This document shows positions 9,004 through 17,975 of a DNA stretch of 64,000 nucleotides, piece by piece. Numbering within the stretch: the stretch's first letter is position 1; every line of letters begins with the position of its first letter. The stretch covers positions 20,494 to 84,493 of the forward strand of contig JBOGVD010000098.1 in the NCBI GenBank assembly GCA_050696355.1, in the 5' to 3' direction. Position numbers and translations under genes: made by a program. The DNA is from Actinomycetota bacterium (GTDB lineage Bacteria; Actinomycetota; UBA4738; HRBIN12). Under the pieces are notes generated by a model that saw only the letters and a program-made list of their open reading frames with translations, made no database searches and was not told where the DNA came from.

Positions 9004-11069
9004 GGTCGGACTACGAGAACGAGCTCCGCGACCTGCTCCGCGACAAGGCCGCCGAGGCGCCGCTCGCCACACCGAGCCTGCCCGCTTCCGCACCGCCGCG
9101 GGTGCTGCGGCGCGGCAGGCTCCACCAGGTGGGAACGGTCCTCGGGTCCGCGGCGGTGGCGCTCGTCCTGATCGTGGGATCGGTCGCGGGGCTGCAACGG
9201 CTCCTCGGTGGAGGTCCGGACGCGTTCCGAACCGGTGAGTACGAGGTCTTCGAACGGACCGCGACGATCGAGGCGTTCACCATCACGAGCTCCTCGGACA
9301 CGTTCCTCGTGAACCAGTGGCCACTGTCGATGCGGATCGCCGTGGGCTCGGCGGGGAGCTTGGGGACGTGCACCGTCGGCCCCGACGGGAACGAGGTCTG
9401 CGAGGCGGGCACCGAGACGACAGAGCGGCTCGATCCGCCGCCCTTCGGCCTGCCGATGTTCCAGCTCTCCACCGCCGACCTGGGCCTGTCGACGATCGCG
9501 TGCGGAGCCGATCTTCCAGCCGATGCCGCGGTCCTGTACGTGGGGCTCGACTACGAGCGCGCGATCTTCGGCGCTCTCGATCCCTCGATCCCGGCGTTCT
9601 CGACCGGCATGGACCTCGGGCTGGAGGGGGACGGTCCCTGCGGACCCGGTCGGTACGTCACCTTCATGGTGGGCGAAGAACCGTTCTTCGCCTGGATCGG
9701 CGTTGGCTCCGCCGCCGGCGCCTCGGACCGCGCGGTCCTCGAGGAGGCGTGGGAGACGATGTCCGCCGACGACACCTGGGAGCCGGCCCCGCCGCCCGAC
9801 GAGGTCACGCCCGCCTACGTGATCGCTGGCGGCATAGCTGATCCGGCGGGCCCCTGGCGACTCGAGCTGCGTTCGGGTCGGGACGTCGAGCTCACGCTGG
9901 TCGTTGCCGGGACCTCGGGACGCCTCGACGTCTCGCTTGGCACCGAACCGGTCACGTGGTGCTGCCGCCTCGCGGCCGACCCGGACCGGGCCGCCGGCCT
10001 CGTGATCTTCGGCGCGGTCGGGAAGGGCGCGACGGGCGTGCTGTTCCGGCCAACCGACGAGCGCGAGCCGATCCCGGGGACGATCCTCCCGTTGCCACCG
10101 ACGCTTGCCCTCGATCTCGACCTCTTCTTCATCGAAGGAACCGCCGGAATCGAGGGAGACGTCGTCGCGCTGGGACTCGAGGACCCTGCGAGCGAACCGC
10201 CGCCCGTCGCCGAGCCGCGCGGTGAGATCGTCGAGATCATGGGGTCCGTAGCGGGCAAGAGTTGGAGTGTGGTGTTCAGCGGGGCGTTCACCGGTGACGA
10301 GAGCGCATGCATCGCGGTAAGGATCGATGGCCCTCCCGGACACTTCTGTCCCGATCCGATCCACACGACCCTCGGCGGTGAATCGCCCTTCTTCGAGGGC
10401 ACTCTCTCGCCAGAGTTCTATCTCCTTGCGGGTTCCGTCCCTCCCGAGGTCAGCGAGATCCGGTTCACGAGCGACGACGGGACGAGCCCGCCGACGCAGT
10501 TCGAGTGCCGGATGGGCCCGCACGGCTGGACCGGGCCCGATCGGAAGGTGTGCGTGCTGGCGTTGCCCCCCGAGGGATCGGGCATCTTCGAGTATCTCGA
10601 TACCACGGGGCGGGTGCTGTTCGAGGAAGGGATGGGGTGGGACTCCGCCACAGCCGCCTCGCACGAGTATCCATGGACGAACGAAGCTGGATTCGTCACG
10701 GCGCGCGGCTCGTTCCAGGGTGCCGATTGGAGGATCGACGTCCTCCACTACTTGGACGGTTATCGGCTGACCATCGATGGACGTCAGGTATTCGAAGGGC
10801 GTCCCTTCGGGCTCGCAGAAGCGAGAGCGTTCCCCTTGTTCAACGGGGACCGAGCGCAGAATGACGCACTTGTCCTCGTTCTCACGACCGACGACGAGGG
10901 CAGTGTGTCCATCGTCGCAGGCGGGCGCACGTGGCAAGGGCGGTGGTTTCCGGGCTCGACCGTGAGCGGGGGGAAAGGTCGACTGTGGGTGTTGGAGCTG
11001 CCCGGAGCTGGAACCGGCTCGTACTGGCTCGACGGCAACTCTCTCCAGGGTGATGTCAGCTGGCCGTAG
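9000..11069 (+). CDS. Putative membrane-spanning anti-sigma factor with a large Cys-rich extracytoplasmic domain
   Basis: 689 aa. A short cytoplasmic N-terminus, one TM helix (VLGSAAVALVLIVGSVAGL) and a ~620 aa extracellular domain with no recognisable fold. Position and apparent coupling to the ECF sigma suggest anti-sigma function. Confidence 0.5.
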   Translation: MRSDYENELRDLLRDKAAEAPLATPSLPASAPPRVLRRGRLHQVGTVLGSAAVALVLIVGSVAGLQRLLGGGPDAFRTGEYEVFERTATIEAFTITSSSDTFLVNQWPLSMRIAVGSAGSLGTCTVGPDGNEVCEAGTETTERLDPPPFGLPMFQLSTADLGLSTIACGADLPADAAVLYVGLDYERAIFGALDPSIPAFSTGMDLGLEGDGPCGPGRYVTFMVGEEPFFAWIGVGSAAGASDRAVLEEAWETMSADDTWEPAPPPDEVTPAYVIAGGIADPAGPWRLELRSGRDVELTLVVAGTSGRLDVSLGTEPVTWCCRLAADPDRAAGLVIFGAVGKGATGVLFRPTDEREPIPGTILPLPPTLALDLDLFFIEGTAGIEGDVVALGLEDPASEPPPVAEPRGEIVEIMGSVAGKSWSVVFSGAFTGDESACIAVRIDGPPGHFCPDPIHTTLGGESPFFEGTLSPEFYLLAGSVPPEVSEIRFTSDDGTSPPTQFECRMGPHGWTGPDRKVCVLALPPEGSGIFEYLDTTGRVLFEEGMGWDSATAASHEYPWTNEAGFVTARGSFQGADWRIDVLHYLDGYRLTIDGRQVFEGRPFGLAEARAFPLFNGDRAQNDALVLVLTTDDEGSVSIVAGGRTWQGRWFPGSTVSGGKGRLWVLELPGAGTGSYWLDGNSLQGDVSWP

Positions 11070-11071
11070 CC

Positions 11072-12052
11072 CTAGACCTGGTTGTCGCCGCCGAAGATCT
11101 CGGAGACCGAGGCGTCCTCGAAGACCGCCCGGAGACCGTTCGCGATCAGCGGGGCGATCGAGAGCACCTTCAACTTGTCGAACGTCCGCTCCTCCGGGAT
11201 CGGCACGGTGTTCGTCACGACGACCTGTTCGATCGGGGCTTCCTCGAGGAGCTGGCGCGCCTTGCCGCTGAAAAGTCCATGGGTCGCGCCCACATAGATC
11301 GGACCGGCGCCCATCTCCGCGAGCACCTGGACGCCCTTCGAGATCGTGGCCGCGGTGTCGATCATGTCGTCGACGATCACGCACGGCCGACCCTGCACCT
11401 CACCGACGACCGCCATCTCCTCGATCTTGTGCGCCTCCTTGCGCGAGCGCCGCTTGTACAGGAACGCGAGGTCCGCGTGCAGGTACTCGCGGAGCTTCTC
11501 CGAGGTCTTGATCCGGCCGGCGTCGGGCGCCACCACGACGAGGTCGTCGCCCGCGAGCCCGATCTCGTCCTTGAAGTGGTCCGACAGGATCGGAAGCGCC
11601 GTGAGGTGGTCGAAGGGGAAATCGAAATAGCCCTGGATCTGACCCGAGTGGAGGTCCACGGAGATCACCCGGTCCGCCCCGGCCGTGGACAGGAGATCGG
11701 CCACGAGCTTGGCGCTGATGGGTTCGCGAGACAGCGCCTTGTGATCCTGCCGGGAGTAGCCGTAGAACGGGATCACGGCGTTGATCCTCTTCGCCGACGC
11801 CCGCTTCATCGCGTCGAGCATGATCAGCTGCTCCATCAGCGCTTCGTTCACCGGTTCGTAGTGCGACTGCACGACGAAGACGTCGGCCCCCCGGACGCTC
11901 TCCTCGGCCCGGAAGTAGATCTCCCCCGACGCGAACCTGCGCAGTTCGCTGCGGCTGACCGGGATGCCGAGACACTCCGCGATCTCGCTCCCCAGCGCCG
12001 GATGGATCGTGCCGGAGAACAGCATCATCCGCTTCTTGGTGATGATCTCCAC
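11072..12052 (-). CDS. prs: Ribose-phosphate pyrophosphokinase (PRPP synthetase)
   Basis: 326 aa. MMLFSGTIHPALGSEIAECLG..., PRPP-binding loop VVDDMIDTAATI. Alternative start at the MMLF Met (~12028). Confidence 0.93.
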   Translation of the reverse strand: MEIITKKRMMLFSGTIHPALGSEIAECLGIPVSRSELRRFASGEIYFRAEESVRGADVFVVQSHYEPVNEALMEQLIMLDAMKRASAKRINAVIPFYGYSRQDHKALSREPISAKLVADLLSTAGADRVISVDLHSGQIQGYFDFPFDHLTALPILSDHFKDEIGLAGDDLVVVAPDAGRIKTSEKLREYLHADLAFLYKRRSRKEAHKIEEMAVVGEVQGRPCVIVDDMIDTAATISKGVQVLAEMGAGPIYVGATHGLFSGKARQLLEEAPIEQVVVTNTVPIPEERTFDKLKVLSIAPLIANGLRAVFEDASVSEIFGGDNQV

Positions 12053-12062
12053 GGTCGCCCCC

Positions 12063-13484
12063 CTAGTGCTCGCCCTTCGACCGGTGCCGGGCGTCGGATC
12101 GTTTCCGGTAGCCCTTCACGTTCTTCTGGTCGGATCGCTCGACCGCGAGCGCGCCCGCCGGGACGTCCTTCGTGATCACCGATCCGGCCCCCGTGACGGC
12201 GCCCTTGCCGAGCTTCAGCGGCGCCACGAGCATCGTATCCGACCCGATCCGCGCCCCGGCCCCGATCACGGTGCGGTGCTTCTCGTACCCGTCGTAGTTC
12301 ACGACGACGGTGCCCGCCCCGATGTTCACGCCCGGGCCGAGCTCCGCATCCCCCAGGTAGGCGAGGTGCTTCGCCTTCGAGCCCTTCCCGATCCGCGCTC
12401 CCTTGACCTCGACGAAGTTCCCGACGAGCGAGCCATCCTGCAGGATCGCGCCGGGCCGCAGGCGGGCGAACGGACCGACCTCGCAGTCCTTGCCGACCGA
12501 GGCGTCCTCGAGGACCGAGAACCACACCACCGAGCGGTCGCCGATCCGCGAGCGCGAGATCGAGGTGGAGGGGCCGATCGAGCACCCGGCGCCGATGCGG
12601 ACCCCGGTCTCCAGGAACGTGTTCGGGGAGACGACCGTGTCCTTCCCGATGCGGACGTCGACATCGATGTAGGTGGCGGCCGGGTCGATCAGGCGGACGC
12701 CCGCGGCCAGGTGCCCCTCGTTGGTGCGGTACCGGATCAGCGCCTCGAGGCGGGCGAGGTCCGACCGCGTGTTCGCGCCGAGGATCCCGCCGGTGTCGCA
12801 GACGACCGCGTCGACCCGCTCGCCCTTCTCGAGCAGGATCGAGATCGCCCGGTTCAGGTAGTACTCGCGCTGGCGGTTGTCTCGGTCCAGGAGCGGCAGC
12901 GTCGCGAAGAGGAGGTCGCGCCGGAAGACGATCCAGTTCGTCGCCACCTCATGGATCTTCCGGACGGCCGGCGATGCCTCCCGGCCCTCGATCACGTCGA
13001 CGACGCGCCGATCACCGCGGACCACCCGCCCGTAGCCGCCCGGCTCGTCGAGCGTCGTGGAGCCGAGGGTGACGGCGGCGCCGGTCCGCCGATGGGAGGA
13101 CAGCAGCTTCCGGAGGTCGACGAGGCCGATGGGGTCGAAATCGCCGTTCGCGACGAGGACGTCGGCCACCTTGCCGACCGCGTCCTCGGCGAGCCGGACG
13201 GCGTGGCCGGTGCCGAGCTGCTCCGACTGCTCGACGAAGACGGGCGCAGGCCCGATGTTCCACGATCGCACGGCGTCGCGGACGTCGTCCGCGCCGTGGC
13301 CGACGACGATCACGATCCGCGCGGGCTTCGCAGCCGCGACGAGCTGGAGGGTGTGCCACAACAAGGGGCGGCCGCAGACCGGATGCAGGACCTTCGGGAT
13401 GCCCGATCGCAGTCGCTTCCCCCTGCCGGCGGCCAGCACCACCGCGGCGAGCGATCGGGGGGTTCGCTTGGGTGTCGTGCCCAC
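12063..13484 (-). CDS. glmU: Bifunctional UDP-N-acetylglucosamine pyrophosphorylase / glucosamine-1-phosphate N-acetyltransferase
   Basis: 473 aa. N-terminal nucleotidyltransferase (AVVLAAGRGKRLRSGIPKVLHPVCGRPLL) followed by left-handed beta-helix hexapeptide repeats. Conserved glmU-prs arrangement. Confidence 0.93.
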   Translation of the reverse strand: MGTTPKRTPRSLAAVVLAAGRGKRLRSGIPKVLHPVCGRPLLWHTLQLVAAAKPARIVIVVGHGADDVRDAVRSWNIGPAPVFVEQSEQLGTGHAVRLAEDAVGKVADVLVANGDFDPIGLVDLRKLLSSHRRTGAAVTLGSTTLDEPGGYGRVVRGDRRVVDVIEGREASPAVRKIHEVATNWIVFRRDLLFATLPLLDRDNRQREYYLNRAISILLEKGERVDAVVCDTGGILGANTRSDLARLEALIRYRTNEGHLAAGVRLIDPAATYIDVDVRIGKDTVVSPNTFLETGVRIGAGCSIGPSTSISRSRIGDRSVVWFSVLEDASVGKDCEVGPFARLRPGAILQDGSLVGNFVEVKGARIGKGSKAKHLAYLGDAELGPGVNIGAGTVVVNYDGYEKHRTVIGAGARIGSDTMLVAPLKLGKGAVTGAGSVITKDVPAGALAVERSDQKNVKGYRKRSDARHRSKGEH

Positions 13485-13603
13485 GTGTGTCCTTCGGCCT
13501 CGTGTTCGTCGGGGGCGTTGGAAGGCCGCGCCATGGTCCCATACGCTCGCGCCGCGTGACCCCGTTCAGAAGACGGGTCCCCGGAAGATCACGACGCACG
13601 TGG

Positions 13604-15099
13604 TCATCGAGCAGCTTCGAGCTGCTCGCGGAGCGCTGTGGCCCGGCCGAGCATCACCACGCTCCCCTTCCGGGCCAGGAACTCCTCGGATCTCCTCGCG
13701 GCCTCTGCTGCCTCCTCGTTCCGCCCGGCGAGATGGAGGATCACCAGGTCGAACCAGGCCATGCCCGTGTACCCGGGCCAGTCGGTCTCCTCCGCGAGCG
13801 CCACGTTCTCCCGGCCCTCGCGCTCCGCGGCCTCGAACCGGCGGCGGCGCGCGAGCACCTTGGCACGGACGCCTCGGAGCCAGATCTAGGGCTCGATGTC
13901 GTCGAGGGCAGAGACGGATTCCGCCTCCTCGGCGAGGTCCATCGCTTCGTCGTACCGCCCCAGCTCATAGACGATCCCGGCGAGGATCGCGACCCGGCTC
14001 GACGAACGGGCCTTCTCACCCATCGCCGCGAGCGTCTCGTAGGCGGGACGGATCGCCCTCTCCGCGGCCGCGTAGTCACCGGCCATCATCTCGACGATCG
14101 CGCTCGACAGCCCGCGGCCGCTGCGAGGTCGAGCGTCATCCCGAGCTCGCGCAGGATCGAGGCTCCGCGTTCGATATCCGATCGCGCCTGCTCGATGTCG
14201 CCGATCATCGCGCGATCGACGGCCAGGCCGACCAGGTTGAAGGCTGCGATGGGCGAGGTCTCGTCGGCAGCCGAGAGCGCGCGCTCGGCCCGCTCGATGT
14301 CTTCGGACACGTGGTTCGGCCCCTGCCACGAGAACGTCAAGGCCGTGACGAACGCCATCTCCGCGGACGCGATCCCCGCCCGATCGAGCACTCCCTCGCC
14401 CGAGCGACGGTCAGCGCCCCTTCGGAGGTCTGCCCGACGTCGCCGAGGAGCCGGCCGGCGCGGAGCAGCGCCTCACCCTCCGTCACGGGATCACCGAGGA
14501 CCTCCGCATCGGCGGCGATCGCCGTGGACGCCGCGATGTTGTCGCGCAATCGGTAGTTCTTCGGGTCGCCCATGAGTTTCAGATACACGCGCCGAAGCTC
14601 GGATCTCAGCTCGAGGCCCCGATCGCCGATCCCACGGGCCATCGCCGCCCCGTCATCGGCGACTGCGCGACACGTTCGAACTCGCCCTGCTCGCGGAGCG
14701 CGTCGACCAGGTCGATCGTCAGCGGAGCCCGAAGTCGATCGTCGGGGGCAAGGAGCGCGAGCGCTCGGCCGAGAAGGTTGGTCGCCGCCGGCATGTCCGC
14801 GCGAGCCAGCGCGCGCTTGCCGGCCTCCCCGAGATGCCGTGCCGCCTCGCGGGCGACGTCGGAGATCGGGCTCCCCAGCTCCTCCCGGTACCGGACGATC
14901 GCTCCAGGTGATACCCGACGATCCCCTGCACCTCCGCCAGCCGCTCGGGCGTCGTCGCTTCGAGCCAGCCCGCGAAACGCTGGTGCAGCTCCGCCCTCGT
15001 CTCCTTCGCCATGCCCTCGTACGCCGCGTCACGGATCAGGAGAGGGGAAGCAACCGTTGAGCCGACATCACTGGGTCGGGTCTGGCACGTGATCCTCAT
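13604..15099 (-). pseudogene. Decayed remnant of a large ATPase/TPR-type signal-transduction regulator (N-terminal ATPase part missing, at least 5 frameshifts)
   Basis: Protein-like segments occur in successive different minus-strand frames. Examples: LLIRDAAYEGMAKETRAELHQRFAGWLEATTPERLAEVQGIVGYHLE, GRALALLAPDDRLRAPLTIDLVDALREQGEFERV, ELRSELRRVYLKLMGDPKNYRLRDNIAASTAIAA. The last of these contains TPR-like helices. No continuous ORF longer than ~230 aa. Confidence 0.55.
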
Positions 15100-16088
15100 C
15101 CAGGAACCCGGAGGAACCCCATACGCTCGTACATAGCTTCGAGCACAGGCGTCGATGCCTGACGCGCGCGCTCGGCGCCCCGCGCGAGCACCTGGAGGAT
15201 CCCGGTTTCGTCCGAACGGAGCCGCTCGTACCGCGTGCGGATAGGGTCGAGCAGTGCCACGACCGCTCTGGCAACCTCCTTCTTGAAGTCGCCGTACCCG
15301 ATGTCGCGGTAGCGGTTCTCGATCGACGAGGTCGGCTCGCCCGTGGACACCTCGAGGATCTCGAGCAGGTTGGCGATCCCGGGCTTTGTCTCCCGCTCGT
15401 ACACAACGTCGTGCCCCGAGTCCGTGACGGCCGATATGAACTTCTTGCGGATCGCGTCGGGTTCGTCGAGCATGCGCACCGTTCCGAGATCGCTTGAGCC
15501 GGTCTTCCCCATCTTCCCGGCGGGGTCCTGGAGATCCATGATCCGCGCACCGGTCTCTGGATAGATCGCGTCGGGCACGACCAACGTCTCACCGAACCGC
15601 GCGTTGAAGCGTTCGGCGATGTCGCGTGCGAGCTCGAGGTGCTGACGCTGGTCGTCACCGATCGGCACGTGTGTGGATCGGTAGAGAAGGATGTCGCCGG
15701 CCATCAGGACCGGGTAGTCAAACAATGCTGCGCTGACGAAACCCTGCTGTCCGCCCTTCTCCTTGAACTGGGTCATCCGGCCCAGCTGCCCGTAGCTGGC
15801 AACAGCCGAGAGTAGCCACGCCGCCTGTGCATGCGCCGTAACGTGGCTCTGTACGAACAACGTCGAGCGCTCCGGATCGATGCCGGTCGCGAGAAGCATG
15901 GCCGCGAGATCCAAGGTCCGCCGACCGAGATCCTCGGGGTGGTCGTGCTCCACGGTGATCGCATGCAGGTCGACGATGCAGAAGAACGCCTCGCCGAGCT
16001 CTTGCGTCGCAGCGTACTGGCGGAAGCCGCCGCTGTAGTTCCCGAGCGTCGGGTCGCCCGTCGGCTTGATCCCAGAGAAGATGCGCAT
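15096..16088 (-). CDS. trpS: Tryptophanyl-tRNA synthetase
   Basis: 330 aa. Class I motifs (IFSGIKPTGDPTLGNY = HIGH-like region, KMGKTGS = KMSKS). Confidence 0.93.
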   Translation of the reverse strand: MRIFSGIKPTGDPTLGNYSGGFRQYAATQELGEAFFCIVDLHAITVEHDHPEDLGRRTLDLAAMLLATGIDPERSTLFVQSHVTAHAQAAWLLSAVASYGQLGRMTQFKEKGGQQGFVSAALFDYPVLMAGDILLYRSTHVPIGDDQRQHLELARDIAERFNARFGETLVVPDAIYPETGARIMDLQDPAGKMGKTGSSDLGTVRMLDEPDAIRKKFISAVTDSGHDVVYERETKPGIANLLEILEVSTGEPTSSIENRYRDIGYGDFKKEVARAVVALLDPIRTRYERLRSDETGILQVLARGAERARQASTPVLEAMYERMGFLRVPG

Positions 16089-16105
16089 CGCCAGAGGCTA
16101 CAGAG

Positions 16106-16135
16106 GCGGTTCCGGGGGGTGAGCGGTTCCGGGGG
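16106..16135 (-). repeat. Tandem duplication of the tRNA-Gln 3' end (CCCCCCGGAACCGC x2)
   Basis: gcggttccgggggg occurs twice, 16 nt apart. One copy is the 3' acceptor/T-stem strand of the tRNA. Confidence 0.6.
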
Positions 16136-16197
16136 GAGGAGTCGAACCTCCATACCAGGCTCCAAAGGCCCGTGTCTTGCCGTTAGACCACCCCGGA
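16124..16197 (-). tRNA. tRNA-Gln (anticodon UUG)
   Basis: Manual cloverleaf on the minus strand: acceptor TCCGGGG/CCCCGGA with U1-A72, D-stem GTCT/AGAC, anticodon stem CGGGC/GCCTG with loop CTTTGGA, T-arm GGAGG-TTCGACT-CCTCC, and 3' ACC. G at position 37 is atypical. Overlaps the last ~15 nt of ispE. Confidence 0.7.
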
Positions 16198-17076
16198 GGG
16201 ATCGGAGTCGATTCTGGCAGGCACCGGGCGTGTCGGCGGCGCGTCCACGACCAGGGAGCCGGGAACGGCATCCGCTACGTCCTCGGCCTTCGAGAACGGA
16301 CACAGGGCGGCGACCGTCGGCCCCGAGCCGCTCATCACGGCGCCGAGCGCCCCGGCGCGCAGGAGGGCGTCGATCGTCTCCTTGACCTCCGGATGGCGGG
16401 CCGCGACGGGTCCCTGGAGGTCGTTCGACAGGGCGCTGCCCACGAGGGCGTCGTTCCCCGACTCGGCGGCGGCGATCAGGGCTCCCGGGTCGGGGCCCGT
16501 CGCCCCGGACGCGTCCCACCAGCCGTAGGCGTCCGCCGAGGACACGCCGAACGCGAACGGCTTCACGACCCACGTGGTCGACTGGGCGAGCACCGGCGTG
16601 ACGAGCTCTCCTCGACCACCGGCGTACGCCGGCTCTCCGAGGAGCATCGCCGGGACGTCCGATCCGAGCGCCGCCCCGAGGTGATGGAGGCCGGATCGGC
16701 CGAGACCGAGGAACCACAGATGATCGAGGAGGACGAGGGTGGCGGCCGCATCCGCCGAGCCGCCGCCGAGGCCGGCGGCCACCGGGATCCACTTCTCGAT
16801 CGTGATGTGCGCTCCCGGTGGTTCCGCGCCGGCGGCCTGGGTGGCGAGCGCGCGAGCCGCACGCAGCGCCAGGTTCGTGTCGTCCGAGGGAGCTCCGTCC
16901 GCCATCGGGCCCGTGATCGACAGGGTCAGCGCGCCCGCCGGCTCGACGGTCACCTGGTCGGCGAGGGAGATCGGGAGCAGGAGGGTCTCGACGTCGTGGT
17001 AGCCGTCGTCCCGGCGGCCGAGCACCCGCAGGAAGACGTTCACCTTGGCGTGCGCCTGCATCCGGAGCGAGGTCAT
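16183..17076 (-). CDS. ispE: 4-diphosphocytidyl-2-C-methyl-D-erythritol kinase
   Basis: 297 aa GHMP kinase. KVNVFLRVLGRRDDGYHDVETL and a PVAAGLGGGSADAAA ATP loop. 4-bp overlap with ksgA. Confidence 0.9.
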   Translation of the reverse strand: MTSLRMQAHAKVNVFLRVLGRRDDGYHDVETLLLPISLADQVTVEPAGALTLSITGPMADGAPSDDTNLALRAARALATQAAGAEPPGAHITIEKWIPVAAGLGGGSADAAATLVLLDHLWFLGLGRSGLHHLGAALGSDVPAMLLGEPAYAGGRGELVTPVLAQSTTWVVKPFAFGVSSADAYGWWDASGATGPDPGALIAAAESGNDALVGSALSNDLQGPVAARHPEVKETIDALLRAGALGAVMSGSGPTVAALCPFSKAEDVADAVPGSLVVDAPPTRPVPARIDSDPSGVV

Positions 17077-17975
17077 GGCGTCGGCGCCGGAGGCGGCATC
17101 GGGACCCCCCGGCGGCCCCGGCCCGCCGTCGCCGGTAGCGATCCCGCGACCCGTGCGAACGCCTCCAGCGACAGCGTCTCGGCGCGGGCCGACGGGTGGA
17201 CCCCCGCGGCACGGAGGAGGTCGTCCGCGTCGCCGCCGTCGACCCCCAGCCGCCGAAGAGCGTTGCGCATCGTCTTCCTCCGTTCAGCGAACCCCGCGTC
17301 GACGACCGTCCACAGGCGGTCCTCGGCGACCTCGACGGACGGTTCGTCCCGGCGTACCAGGCGCACGACCACGGAATCCACCTTCGGCCGGGGCCAGAAC
17401 ACGGGCGGAGGGACCCGGCGCACCTGCTCGGCCGTCGCCCGATAGGCGACCCGGAGGCTCGGGATCCCGTAGGCCGGCTCGCCGGGACCGGCGACCAGCC
17501 GTTCCCCCACCTCCCGTTGGACCATCACGACCAGGCGGCGTATTCGGGGAACGTCTCGCAGCGTGTTCAGCACCACGTGCGTCGCGACGTTGTACGGCAG
17601 GTTCGCGGCGAGGACCCAGTCGCTCTCGCCGAGCATGTCCTGCCATTCCGGATCAGCGGCGTCCGCGTGCAGCACCCGGATCCTTTCGTGTCCCGATACC
17701 GACTCCTCGAGGGCCGGGATCAGGGCCGGATCGACCTCGACCGCTAGCACCTCCGCGCCGGTTTCTGCAAGCGCCCTCGTGAGCGAACCGAGCCCGGCCC
17801 CGATCTCGACCACGCGATCGCCGGGGCCAACGCCCGCGTCTGCCGCGATCGCCCGCGCCAGGTTCGGATCGATCAGGAAGTGCTGGCCGAGCGAGCGTTT
17901 CGGCCGGATGCCGTGCCGGTCCGCGAGCGCCCGCAACGCGCCCGCCCCGAGCGCCGGGCGCTCATCGCCGTTCAC
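17073..17975 (-). CDS. rsmA: 16S rRNA (adenine1518/1519-N6)-dimethyltransferase
   Basis: 300 aa. SLGQHFLIDPN and VVEIGAGLGSLT SAM motifs, NLPYNV. GTG start. Confidence 0.92.
   Translation of the reverse strand: MNGDERPALGAGALRALADRHGIRPKRSLGQHFLIDPNLARAIAADAGVGPGDRVVEIGAGLGSLTRALAETGAEVLAVEVDPALIPALEESVSGHERIRVLHADAADPEWQDMLGESDWVLAANLPYNVATHVVLNTLRDVPRIRRLVVMVQREVGERLVAGPGEPAYGIPSLRVAYRATAEQVRRVPPPVFWPRPKVDSVVVRLVRRDEPSVEVAEDRLWTVVDAGFAERRKTMRNALRRLGVDGGDADDLLRAAGVHPSARAETLSLEAFARVAGSLPATAGRGRRGVPMPPPAPTP

Noticed and set aside
16106-16135. Duplicated tRNA 3' end as an attL/attR pair of an integrated element
   Set aside because: The copies are only 16 nt apart and nothing lies between them. 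No integrase/recombinase anywhere in the window. Reported only as a low-interest scar or slippage.
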